64,000 nucleotides of DNA from Octopus sinensis. Taxonomy: Eukaryota. Positions 24,425-37,590 of this stretch are shown piece by piece. Location: contig NC_042997.1 of assembly GCF_006345805.1 (NCBI RefSeq), forward strand, positions 62,744,001 through 62,808,000. The letters run 5' to 3'. The notes beneath the pieces were generated by a model, which worked only from the letters and a program-made list of their open reading frames with translations, was not told where the DNA came from and made no database searches. Position numbers and translations under genes: made by a program. Position 1 is the stretch's first letter. Each line of letters opens with the position of its first letter.

Positions 24425-26561
24425 AAAAAAAGAAGGAAAATTAAAAAAACGTCCTAGTTAGGAATCGAAACTAGGTACATGATATTATGAATGTTGTGCA
24501 TACAACGAATAAGAAGTGAAACTGTGACATTCATTCTTTTCTCGGTAGTCGTGGCGATGTAAACGAACTGAGACTATATTAAGAATGAATAAACGAATCT
24601 TTGTTGAGAATGAAGGATAAAAACTACTTCTTTTTCTATCAAATTTATTGATAGAAAAAAAAAAGAAAGAGAATAAAAGAAAAATCTCTCACAAATCACA
24701 GGATGTTTTCAAACTAACACAGATTGAAAATGAAATTCGTGATAGTATTGAGTGTTGTTGCGTTTTTATGCTGCTTAGAAGAGTCACGAAAAGGAAATTT
24801 AGTTGATGGAAATAATCCTACATGAGTTTAAAGCATTTCCTCTATGGCTTTATTCTCTATCTGTTAACAACTTTCTTCTAACGTTTATATGTTTCGGTTG
24901 CTATGGTAATGGCATGCTATTATCAAATTAACAGCTTCTGATAAGAATTGTAAAGCTCAGCTATAATAGAGAAGCAGGTAATAATTCAGTTTAGAGGTAG
25001 ACAAAAATATCGTGTGTATATCTCTCACTGTAACACAAATTATATGAGTTTATGATACTTTTGAAAACATCTGCTGCTGTTTGCCACGCGAAAATGTGAA
25101 GTTTTTGGGTGTTTAACGAATTTAGACAACAATAACTAGTAATCTGTGAAGGCTAAATCTCTAACTCGAGTTCGATTTCTCGCGTTAAGTAATTAATCCA
25201 AGAATACAGATGTTCGTCGATTGATGCAGGGCCCATGATTCATCAATTCATATCTTCTTAGTAGCAATACGGTGTATGAGACAATCAGGTCAGTTAGCTG
25301 AAAGTCTAGCCAACTATAGCCAGGTACAATAAATGGTATGATTCAGCAAGGGGAGTTGTGTCAGATATCTACTTTGTTTACTTTCGGCGTTAACTTCAAG
25401 ATCTTTTGAGGGAAAAATCGATATAAACAATACAGTAATAACTTAAAAATATTCCCTGGAATTTTTATTTCTTATCTATGCAATGTTAGGGAAGTCAGAG
25501 AAAAGCAAGCACAAGCTTTATAGATCCTTGTAATTCAGAAAATGAATTCAATATATCCCTCCTTAAAGCTGATATTTGTAACTGTATTCAGTAACCTGGT
25601 TATCAACACTACAAAATATGATGTATTCTTCAATGGTGACCTAACACATCATTAAGACTCGGAGAAAATTCTAACTTTCGAATAAAATTATTTCCCTTTC
25701 TTCTTTCATTAAGGAAAAACTGAAAATAAATTAAATCCCATAATTCTCGAAATAAATCTTATTGTAATTCATTGATCGAGATCGAGTTATAGAATTTCTA
25801 TACATTTTCTAAAGATTTTTCCATAAATGTTCTAAGAAAGCCGATGTTTCATTAGATAAATTATCTTCTATTCTGATTCGTCGCTTAGCACCCACACAAA
25901 TATATTACGCTCACCTGCTTAACTAACAACTTCTTTCTATACAGTCAAAAAACATTTCTATAAAGTACTTCCATTTAACTGCTTTAAGTTTTCCAGTTGG
26001 ATTTTTAATACGATTATTTGAAAAAACAATTTCTTTGTGCTTTTAACTAAGTAGCTCTAACTTAACATATTTTCCTGCAGAAAGTCAGCGGTACTGTTAA
26101 ATTAAAGAAGCTAAAACATTTCGCAGTAATAGAAAGGAAATAAATGAAATACATTTAAAAGGATTTCAGTATATAGTTATTGAGTAACATAAGATGGCTT
26201 TTTTCTTTTACTTTCAACTCCTTGCTGCTTCATCTAGAAATAGCATCGCTAGAACACAAGTACACACACGCACAGAAGATGTATATATGCATATATAGAT
26301 ATATATTTATATGTATGTATTAAGTATAAACATACATACACACATATACATGTAATATACGTATATATGTATATATATATATTATATATATATAGGATAC
26401 TTTGTTTTGGGGTTTGAAAATGCACCTGAATCTGAAAAACGTGTAGTCGTTTTTAAATAGATTTATTCATATACCAAACTAGTTATCCCATAACAGTATA
26501 TATATTATATATATATATATATACTATATATATATATATATATCTATATATATATTATATA

Positions 26562-26599
<38 letters not shown>

Positions 26600-26695
26600 T
26601 GTTATGGGAATATTACTTCCAAGTACACAGGAAAAAGACTGTCAATTTAGATGTACTAAAATGAACATCTCTCAATGTTTAATTTGTATATATAA

Positions 26696-26883
26696 AAGTA
26701 ATTTTAGAGACAGAACCACCTTCAACTCAATCAACACTGAACGTGTGGTCTTATAAACGGAAAATACAGGATTCAGAATAGATATAGTTAGTATAAGATT
26801 TAATTTGTAACATTACATGGAGAGGTCGGGTATAAAACCTTTCAGTGTTGATTGAGTTGAAGGTGATTCTGTCTCTAAAATTA

Positions 26884-26886
<3 letters not shown>
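26696..26886. repeat. Inverted repeat, 46-bp arms with 1 mismatch and a 99-bp spacer
   Basis: aagtaattttagagacagaa(c/t)caccttcaactcaatcaacactgaa at 26696-26741 and its reverse complement at 26841-26886. Confidence 0.9.
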
Positions 26887-26934
<48 letters not shown>

Positions 26935-26945
26935 TATATATATAT

Positions 26946-27155
26946 AGGCTACCATTGATTTCATGTTAAGAAATGTAGGAAAATATCCTAGTGTCTTAGC
27001 AATATTTTAAGCCGATCACATGGAGAAAAGTGTTCACCTCCATTTTGGAAAAACATCTCCAAAATGGAGAACATCTTTTTCCATGTAATCAACTTAAAAA
27101 ATTCTTAAGACACTAGGATATTTTCCTATATTTCTAACATGAAACCAATGGTAGC

Positions 27156-27157
<2 letters not shown>
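26946..27157. repeat. ~212-bp imperfect hairpin (fold-back MITE-like) embedded in (TA)n
   Basis: aggctaccattg..gtgtctta..ctccattttgga versus tccaaaatggag..taagacac..caatggtagcct; minimal loop. Confidence 0.88.
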
Positions 27158-27208
<51 letters not shown>

Positions 27209-27764
27209 TCACATAAATGGATAGATCGAAAGATCTTAGATCATGTGTCTTTAAAATCTGTATGTATCTTCTGATAACTATTTCAGTTTCCAGAGAACAT
27301 ACCCTCCTTGGCATTTCTGAAACCTGATATGAAATCTTGGGATATGCCTGACACATCATACTAAATATAAATAATAAACCCATGTCAAAATATGCAACAA
27401 GAAAGGAAACCAATTCAAACCGAATGAAGTCTTAAGTAAATCAATTTTCGTGTCTGAATTCGATATACATACATACATACATACATACATACATACATAC
27501 ATACATACATACATACATACATACATACATACATACATACATACATACATACACACGCATTTATACATTATATAGTATAGTACAGAAAGAAAATTGGATA
27601 TATGGCGTTACGTTTAGTTCTTGAATTACGCTTGTTTGAACACTACACGGTACGCACATTTCATAAATATAAATACAAACATTAATATGAATATAGATGA
27701 ATTCATGATATGATAATATATTATTATTAATATACACTTCAAGAAATATATATGAACTTTAAGT

Positions 27765-27925
<161 letters not shown>

Positions 27926-28041
27926 AGATAGAGCGTCTAATTAAACTATTTCTTGTGCACGTCCTCACGTTTGCTTTTTTCTTTTAGTCTGTTTTTAATT
28001 GTTTATTTGAATTAATTATATATATTAAATAATATATTATG

Positions 28042-28077
<36 letters not shown>

Positions 28078-28169
28078 ATATATATACACATATACATATG
28101 TATACATATATCTATATATATCTAAACATACATATATATATATATACATATATGTGTGTATACACACAC

Positions 28170-28191
28170 ACACACCACACACACACACACA

Positions 28192-28231
<40 letters not shown>

Positions 28232-29023
28232 GTATATATCTATCTATCTATATTATTGTATATTCTTGTACCTGTTGCTTAATGATATATATACCTGTTG
28301 TAGGCCACCTGGCCAGTGACATCTACATGTAATTCTAAAAAGAGAAACTTAATTCATCCTTTTCATATACCTTAAAATTTTTATTACCAGTGGCCTGTGC
28401 CTATTTCTTACAAATTCTTATTGTATAAATACCACAGTGGAAGTTTACAGGCAACAAGTAAATTCTGCAACGACAGAAATTGTAGTTATAGGGTCAAGTT
28501 TAATAAAAGATACAGATTCAACAATCCTAGAACTACGATATTTAGTATTGTTGGAATCTTATCAAATTCGATACTTTGAGGACATGAATATCATATATAA
28601 TTATACACAGCAATGGACAATGGAGAAGTCTTGGCAATAAAGTGGCATAAGTTAAAAAAGTTTCTTTTGTAATCAATGATTCCACGTTCAAATGCATTGC
28701 ATGAGTCTTGCCAAATGTCTCCTACTGTAAGCTTGGGCTGAAGAATAACTCACACTCGAGCGCGCACACACTCACACACTCACACACACACACACACAAC
28801 ACACACACCACACACACACAACACCACACAAACACACACAACACACACACACACAACACACACACACACACACCACACACACACACACATTCACATATTT
28901 AACTAATATTAATGCAAGACTCCCAGTTCAAACAGTAAAAATACATTTGCGATTAATCTTTTTAAAAAAGTGATACTTGAAGTTGGCATAAAGAACATAT
29001 ATTATTCGATTATACAAACACAC

Positions 29024-29074
<51 letters not shown>

Positions 29075-29642
29075 GTATATATCTATCTATCTATATATTG
29101 TATATTCTTGTACCTGTTGCTTAATGATATATATACCTGTTGTAGGCCACCTGGCCAGTGACATCTACATGTAATTCTAAAAAGAGAAACTTAATTCATC
29201 CTTTTCATATACCTTAAAATTTTTATTACCAGTGGCCTGTGCCTATTTCTTACAAATTCTTATTGTATAAATACCACAGTGGAAGTTTACAGGCAACAAG
29301 TAAATTCTGCAACGACAGAAATTGTAGTTATAGGGTCAAGTTTAATAAAAGATACAGATTCAACAATCCTAGAACTACGATATTTAGTATTGTTGGAATC
29401 TTATCAAATTCGATACTTTGAGGACATGAATATCATATATAATTATACACAGCAATGGACAATGGAGAAGTCTTGGCAATAAAGTGGCATAAGTTAAAAA
29501 AGTTTCTTTTGTAATCAATGATTCCACGTTCAAATGCATTGCATGAGTCTTGCCAAATGTCTCCTACTGTAGCTTGGGCTGAAGAATAACTCACACTCGA
29601 GCGCGCACACACTCACACACTCACCACACACACACACACACA

Positions 29643-29682
<40 letters not shown>

Positions 29683-29871
29683 CACACACACACACACACA
29701 CAACACACACACACACACCCACAACACACACACACACACACACACATTCACATATTTAACTAATATTAATGCAAGACTCCCAGTTCAAACAGTAAAAATA
29801 CATTTGCGATTAATCTTTTTAAAAAAGTGATACTTGAAGTTGGCATAAAGAACATATATTATTCGATTATA

Positions 29872-29928
<57 letters not shown>

Positions 29929-30474
29929 GTATATATCTATCTATCTATATATTGTATATTCTTGTACCTGTTGCTTAATGATATATATACCTGTTGTAGG
30001 CCACCTGGCCAGTGACATCTACATGTAATTCTAAAAAGAGAAACTTAATTCATCCTTTTCATATACCTTAAAATTTTTATTACCAGTGGCCTGTGCCTAT
30101 TTCTTACAAATTCTTATTGTATAAATACCACAGTGGAAGTTTACAGGCAACAAGTAAATTCTGCAACGACAGAAATTGTAGTTATAGGGTCAAGTTTAAT
30201 AAAAGATACAGATTCAACAATCCTAGAACTACGATATTTAGTATTGTTGGAATCTTATCAAATTCGATACTTTGAGGACATGAATATCATATATAATTAT
30301 ACACAGCAATGGACAATGGAGAAGTCTTGGCAATAAAGTGGCATAAGTTAAAAAAGTTTCTTTTGTAATCAATGATTCCACGTTCAAATGCATTGCATGA
30401 GTCTTGCCAAATGTCTCCTACTGTAAGCTTGGGCTGAAGAATAACTCACACTCGAGCGCGCACACACTCACACA

Positions 30475-30527
<53 letters not shown>

Positions 30528-30546
30528 CACACACACACACACACAC

Positions 30547-30581
<35 letters not shown>

Positions 30582-30705
30582 TCACATATTTAACTAATAT
30601 TAATGCAAGACTCCCAGTTCAAACAGTAAAAATACATTTGCGATTAATCTTTTTAAAAAAGTGATACTTGAAGTTGGCATAAAGAACATATATTATTCGA
30701 TTATA

Positions 30706-30740
<35 letters not shown>
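28170..30740 (+). repeat. Tandem triplication of a ~850-bp unit
   Basis: Identical ORFs at 28397/29239/30093 and at 28437/29279/30133 (periods 842 and 854 bp); differences are almost confined to (CA)n/(TA)n lengths. Confidence 0.97.
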
Positions 30741-30747
<7 letters not shown>

Positions 30748-31204
30748 AATGCGCGCACACACACGCATACATACACATATACACGCATACATATATAGGC
30801 AAATCGGAAAATAACCCAAACAAAGCAACTAAAGTCAAAATGACTTACACAGTGAATGTATTAGGTTGACGCTCAATTTTAGATCGAAAAGAGAGGGAGG
30901 GGAATGCATGTGGTTTATTTGCGCTCACGATCGTATATTCTGGTTTCGATTCCTGCACCGGGCAATATATTGTGTTCTTGAGCAAAAGATCGCCTTCCAC
31001 TTTGCTTCCTTTCACGTTGACAGATCGGCGTTTTTGAAAATGCCATGTTTTTTTTTTAACTGACTGTACAGAGATGTGAAAATACGGCCGCTCTTCGTTA
31101 ATTTCAAATTAAACTTACCAAAGATAAGGGTCTTCCAGCGCCCCCTAGCGCCGCCTAGTTTCCCTTTGCTCCAAAACGCTCTCACCGAGCTCCAAATGTA
31201 TATA

Positions 31205-32119
31205 TAACGGAAATATTTATAATATAGATACTTATAGTATGCAATTAAACTGATACCAAAACCATTCCCGTCAAATATGGGTAGATAAAGATAGGGTATA
31301 AAAAAGAAATGAGATCTAATGTTTAGGCTTAGTAAATTAGAGATATTAAATATATAAAGGAGTACATTCAGATACAAGGTTTAAACAAATTTAGACCTAT
31401 AATCACAAAACGAATATCATGTGTAATTAAAAAATATAAGATTACAGTATACAGTGAATTTTACGAAAAAAGTATAAATTTTCTTAAATTTATAAGCTAT
31501 AAAAACTATAAAAATATATAAAAGGATATATAAAGGCATAAAATTATAAACAAATAAAATATAAGAATTTATAAGATATAATGTGTAATTAAAAATATAT
31601 AACAATATAAGCTATAAAAACTATGGAAATATATAAAAGGGTATTTAAAGGCATAAAATATAAAATTAAAAAATATTAAAAAATTTATAAATTTTTATAA
31701 TAAATATTTTTCTAAAAAAATTTTATACGACCGTATAATATGACATAAAAAGGTATAAAAAGATATAAGGAAGGATATAAGATGAAATAAAATAAAAAAC
31801 GATTATTTTTCTAATCGCATTAGTATATAGAAAAAAGTTATAGCCGGAATATTATTATTAATACAAGATAAAATAAAATATAGATGTACCAAGTTTTAAT
31901 AGAGACAAAATTACCTTTGGAAATGGGTTTATAAGATATATCTAAAGTACATCAAAGAAAATGATCGAGGTAGAATAGTAACATATTTTAGAGTATATAT
32001 TTTAAATTTAGGGGAGAGGCGAATTTTTTTCTTAACCTACCCGTATTGACGGGAATGGTTTTAATATCAGTTTAATTGCACACTGTAAGTATCTATTTAT
32101 ATTATAAATATTTCCGTTA
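31205..32119. mobile_element. Non-coding element with ~87-bp imperfect TIRs and an extremely AT-rich interior
   Basis: 31205-31290 is the approximate reverse complement of 32031-32119; internal diverged tandem duplication (atgtgtaattaaaaa at ~31419 and ~31580). Confidence 0.7.
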
Positions 32120-32129
32120 ATATATTCAT

Positions 32130-32760
32130 CATATAATATTTTATCAAGATATTCTATACACTACATTTATGAAAAGTTTTAATATTTCTCTTATATCTTA
32201 AAGTATCACTTATTAAAATTTTAAGTGTAGCCTTCATCTATATATTTAATAATATTTTGCTTTAACATTATAAATATACTAAGTTACAATGTGCTCCTTC
32301 CCTAATTATCTTCCACCCCTAATTTCAAATACTTATTCTTTTAGTTTTTTAAGATGACAATCAAAATAAGCATTATTAGCTCACCCTATCTTTCTTTCTT
32401 CCTACTATTACCCCTTCCCCATCAGGCATTCCCTTTTTTTTACAACTCCAAGCCTTACCTTTTGGTGTAGACAAAGCTGGATATAAGGTTCCAGTACTTA
32501 GTCAAGTAGTTTGTCATGATATTAAATAATTTATCACTTTTGTCTAGAATACAGTTAAAACTCCCAAAAGATTTAATTTTGGATGATTTAAGACTACATT
32601 CCCCCTATTGTCTTAGAAGTATAGGTAACTAGGTCACTATTCTCAATTATTCCTCCCGCACTATAACCTCTACTAACCTCTAAATTCTAGTAGGTTCAAC
32701 ACTTCATAGACTGTTTTCTAAACTCATTCTGCCAAAGATATAGTAGCAGAATCAATGTAA
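32130..32760 (+). mobile_element. Highly decayed PLE GIY-YIG region
   Basis: Fragments IIFHP*FQIL..F*D and HSPYCLRSIGN*VTILNYSS..NL*IL..LHRL resemble PLE C-termini; a hammerhead lies just downstream. Confidence 0.3.
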
Positions 32761-32830
32761 ATATTTGATCTCTGTTGGTGATATGAATATGTTTAAACAG
32801 TTGGTTTGTTGTTTATGCTTGAAGTATATG

Positions 32831-32923
32831 CAATCATCTGACGAAAACGGTTTCTTTGCAATGATGATGTAATGCTTTCATTAATCAATTAAAGGTGTCG
32901 CTTGAAACGGCCGTAATGAATTG
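32831..32923 (+). ncRNA. Type I hammerhead motif, intact core
   Basis: Helix I CAATCAT/ATGA(A)TTG. Core CTGACGA at 32838-32844. Imperfect long helix II. GAAA at 32904-32907, then C-GGCC-G and triplet GTA. Confidence 0.65.
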
Positions 32924-32995
32924 ACACCTGTACATCTTTGTTATACAATTATATATATATATTTATATTTACACACACATGCATGTCTATTTCTG

Positions 32996-33077
<82 letters not shown>

Positions 33078-33082
33078 CGTCC

Positions 33083-33114
<32 letters not shown>

Positions 33115-34210
33115 CTCTGTCTGTCTATATAAATACGTGTGTGCGTGTGTGTATGTGTATAACTGTGCTTGTACATACCAGTGTAAAATGGTGTGTTATG
33201 CTAAAATAAGTACAAAAGAGTACAATATGAGTACAATTTGAGTAAGTACCTTGATGCCAGTATCCTGGCATGGCTGCAGTCCTGTGTAACGCCTTCATCA
33301 TCTTCCCTTTTTAATTCGAATATCAAGCACCGGCTAAATAATAAAGTTATTTAATAAATTCTTCCTTATTTTCAAAATTAATTGAGACAAAGATGGTACA
33401 TTTCGCATAAATATGGAAACAAAAGGCTCTGCTAAATTCCGTATGCAAAATTACATAGTTTTGTCATTAAGAAATTCCTTCGTAAATAAAAACAAAATAT
33501 AATAACAGTAATTGAATAAACTAAAGGTTCACATGCATAATGTAAACAAGTTGAAAATCTTCTATCAACAGAGATTATCCAAGCACTTGATAGACAAAAA
33601 CTACCAATAAGAATGTTTAAAATTTAGAACAAGCAATGTAAACAACGTTTGATAAGATCAGTGGTTCGACTTTTTTAAAACTGACATTTCAATATATATA
33701 ATATAAGACCATTACTACATTTGCATTTAGTATGCAGAGCGCTCTCTTGAAAAATTTTCTCTGCAGCTATGTAACTGAAATTTGAACTGAAACTGGGCTT
33801 CATTTTACATTTATGGAACTGTATATTGTTATTTTCTTCATTTACCGCCCACGCTTTCACATAAACATAAGACTAAAGATTCTTGCTATATTTTATATGC
33901 ATACATACATACATACATACATACATACATACATACATGCATGCATACATACATACATACATACATACATACATACATACATACATACATACATACGTAC
34001 GTACATACATACATACATACATATTTATTATACACACACATACACACATATGCATACATATATAGAGATGCATGCATTTTATATATATGCGTATGTATAT
34101 TCGTGCACCTACATACATATTTACATAAACATAGCTGCATACATAATTTGTTTTGTGTCTGTGGATGTCTGTATAAGTGCTTAACTTCAGCTTTGTTTTG
34201 TCTCTTTGAA

Positions 34211-34376
<166 letters not shown>

Positions 34377-34510
34377 TTTTAAAATATCTAAACACACGCA
34401 CGCATTCATACACATATACATATATATATGTGTATACATATGTATACAGATGTATATACATATGTATACACACGTATGCATATGCCTATACATCTGTAAG
34501 TGTATACATA

Positions 34511-34545
<35 letters not shown>

Positions 34546-34554
<9 letters not shown>

Positions 34555-34746
34555 AAAATAGTAAAGTGTGAAAAAACGACAGAAGGCTTAAATGTTAAAA
34601 AATATATATATTTGTGTCATATGTCATTTTAAGGAAAGGAAAAAAAATTTTTCCAATATTCTCCAGACATTTTGACACAAATATATATATTTTTTAACAT
34701 TTAAGCCTTCTGTCGTTTTTTCACACTTTACTATTTTCTTATATAT
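34546..34746. repeat. Perfect 74-bp inverted repeat with a 53-bp spacer, abutting (TA)n
   Basis: 34546-34619 is the exact reverse complement of 34673-34746 (checked base by base). Confidence 0.95.
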
Positions 34747-34779
34747 TCACCCACGTGCTTTACCAAACAAACTTTCTTA

Positions 34780-34830
<51 letters not shown>

Positions 34831-35086
34831 GTGTACATATATATATCTATAATGCATAATATATTTACATACGCACACACAAATAAATTCATACAGACAT
34901 ACGTAAGTTCATACCTTCTTATCTGCAAGTAGCCAACAGCGCCTAAGGAGCTGACTTGTTTATGTAGACATATCCTTTTGCTACATATAGATTATAAATG
35001 CTTTTTATTCGCGCATTGTTTTTCAGTTGTCACTTCAACATTTACGCCTGTCTGTCTGTATGTATGAATATATGTACGTACGTATG

Positions 35087-35120
<34 letters not shown>

Positions 35121-35146
35121 TGTATGTATGTATGTATGTATGTATG

Positions 35147-35175
<29 letters not shown>

Positions 35176-35178
<3 letters not shown>

Positions 35179-35370
35179 CGACATGCAAAGGTACATGAAT
35201 CACAGTTACAACTACAGCCGACTATTACCAGTAAAGGTTTTAGTTGCCAATTTTGTACAAGACATTGTAGATCTTTAGCTGGGCTAAAAAGTCACATTCG
35301 ATCACAGCACCAGTAACAGTTAAGCTTCGTGCAATGGCCATACTCGATAACGAGGAGGCAGCCATAATGT
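35176..35370 (+). mobile_element. RTE-type LINE 3' end within (TATG)n
   Basis: [32 protein letters not shown] then 3' UTR atggccatactcgataacgaggaggcagcc and a microsatellite tail. Confidence 0.7.
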
Positions 35371-35409
35371 ATGTATGTATGTATGTATGTATGAATGTAT
35401 GTATGTATG

Positions 35410-36480
35410 TCTAATATATAAAATCCGTTCTGTCTGTCTGTGCGCTTATAACTCGAGTATTGTTCACCCGATTGCGCTGAAATTTTAAACATGGATACAT
35501 GAGTAAACGGAGTGCTCCGTAATCTAAAAAGATTTTCAAAATTGTCAGTTTCAAAGTGAGAATCAATATTTTTGTAATGTTTGTCTGTCCATCGGATGAT
35601 TAAAACTTTCATTTTTATTTTTATTCGAAACTACTGTTACGTATCTCGTTGTTCTTAACACTACATCAGTGAAAATCGAAATGAAATATTTAAAGCAACA
35701 GCCATCAAATACAAAAGCCAAGGTCCATGCAGTGTCTTAGGCCAAAAGAATTTCCAGCTTCTTGCCTAATGCGAGCCCAGAGCAATCTCTTATCTCTTAC
35801 ACTATTTCAGTATTACGTCTCTATTGTAATGCGAAATAATACTTTCAGTTTGAAAGAAGTCTGTCCTATATATATATACTCCATTTATTTATTTATTCAT
35901 CTGTAACACACAAATTACTGCACATTAACCAGGAGTTCCTACCTTTGAATAGGTCGCTTCAACCGAGTTTCTGACATGAATTTGCTACCCTGGTAACGGT
36001 TCATTGAATTTTCCATGTTAACGATAAACATAGGATAATTCATTCACCCATCGATATATATATATATATACATATTCCTTATGCATTCCAAAACCGAGTT
36101 ACCGATTTTGACGTATGGAGTATCAAAAGATTCGGTTCTATTTCGGCTACAAATTAAACTTAATTACCATACACACATTTGCATTTCAAAAGTTTAACAT
36201 AATCTTTTCCATAAATCAACTATCGTAAACATTTTATACGATGACGACGATGACGTCATATTTTCTATAGTGTGTGTACGTTAAAAGACATCAATCATCA
36301 CGACATATCTTCACTCACCCACTCTGTCTGTCTGTCTCTCTCTCTCACACACACACGTACGCACACACACGTCCATTTCATATACATGTACATACACCTT
36401 TCACTTTCTTTCTCTCTGTTCTTTTCACTTTCTTTTATTTAAATTTCTGCCTTCTTCAAATAAATTTTTACAGAATGAGC
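35410..36480 (+). mobile_element. Helitron 5' non-coding portion (copy 1)
   Basis: Starts TCtaatatataaaatccgttctgtctg; colinear with 39902-40937 plus 42567-42800; no 3' CTAG found. Confidence 0.7.
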
Positions 36481-36564
36481 GGGAGAAACACAAAATGAGC
36501 CAGCAACACAAAATGAGCCATATTGGATGAGAAATAGCATTATTAATATGAATATACATAAGTA

Positions 36565-36780
36565 TAAGGCGGCGAGCTGGCAGAAACGTTAGCACGCAGG
36601 GCGAAATGCTTAGTATTATTTCGTCTGTCTTTATCTTCTGAGTTCAAATTCCGCCGAGGTCGACTTTGCCTTTCATCCTTTCGGGGTCGATAAATTAAGT
36701 ACCAGTTGTGTACTGGGAACGATCTAATTGACTGGCCTCCACCCCAAAAATTTCGGGCCTTGTGCCTAGAGTATAAACGA
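36565..36780 (+). mobile_element. tRNA SINE family A
   Basis: taaggcggcgagctggcagaaacgttagc (box A)..gagttcaaattccgcc (box B)..gcctttcatcctttcggggtcgataaattaagtacc. Confidence 0.92.
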
Positions 36781-37159
36781 ATATATGAATAGTGGGTAAG
36801 TATGAACTGAGGTTTCTAACATTGTGAATTGGCAGTCAGTTACGTAAAATAACAGATATGTTACTTCTTTCTTTATTATTGATCGGTTTAAATAAATATA
36901 GAACATTGTTTTGTTTTTCTCTAGTGAAATAACAAATGTAATTGTGTTGTGCACCAGATGTGCCCACACAAAAACTAAACATTCTTTTATTGGTAGAAAA
37001 ACATACATGTTATAGGAGGTTATAGTTCATGAAGAGGATTCCAGTACGTGAATTGTACCTACTTCACTGGTGTGTTGTGTATTTAGAGCGTAAAGGAGTG
37101 TAACTAAATACTATAATGGATCAATTCTAGCATTCAAGTGTTTCTGCCACGTTGGCTCT

Positions 37160-37590
37160 TACTTAGGTTCAAGGCATGAAATTTGCTTTGCGTGGAGGGA
37201 GATGAGTCAGTACTATCGACCTGAGTACTTGATTAATGCTTTATTTTATTGACTACTGAGAGATAAAACGCCAAATTGGTACTGGTGGGAAGAAACGGAA
37301 GGAATACCACACTGCATTATGTCCGGCCATTTAACTATTCTGCAAACCAATCTCGCTGTAATCACGGCTTTAATAATTCTTTCTAATTTTAGCACAAAGT
37401 GAGCAATTTTGAAGGGATGGAGCAAGTTGATTTGGTCGACTCTAGTACTCAACTAGTTCTTATTTTATCGACAATGAAAATATGAAAGGCAAAGCCGCAC
37501 ACGGCGGAATTTCCACGGCGAAATTTGAACTCAGAACAATAAGAGCTAGAAGACATTTCACAAAACATTTTGTCCGATTCTTTAAAAATT
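37160..37590 (-). mobile_element. Two degenerate tRNA SINE family A copies
   Basis: Remnant blocks ttttatcgac..gaaaggcaaagc..gaaatttgaactcagaac. Confidence 0.6.

Noticed and set aside
24890-25090. RFX X-box-like GTTGCTATGGTAAT and an E-box in non-repetitive DNA
   Set aside because: Short motif matches are expected by chance; no supporting evidence in the sequence.
28170-30740. CRISPR-like or multi-gene array
   Set aside because: The units are ~850-bp whole duplicates with no unique spacers, in eukaryotic DNA.
31205-32119. Mitochondrial control-region insertion (NUMT)
   Set aside because: AT-richness only; no flanking mitochondrial tRNA or gene sequence recognised, and the TIRs favour a transposon.
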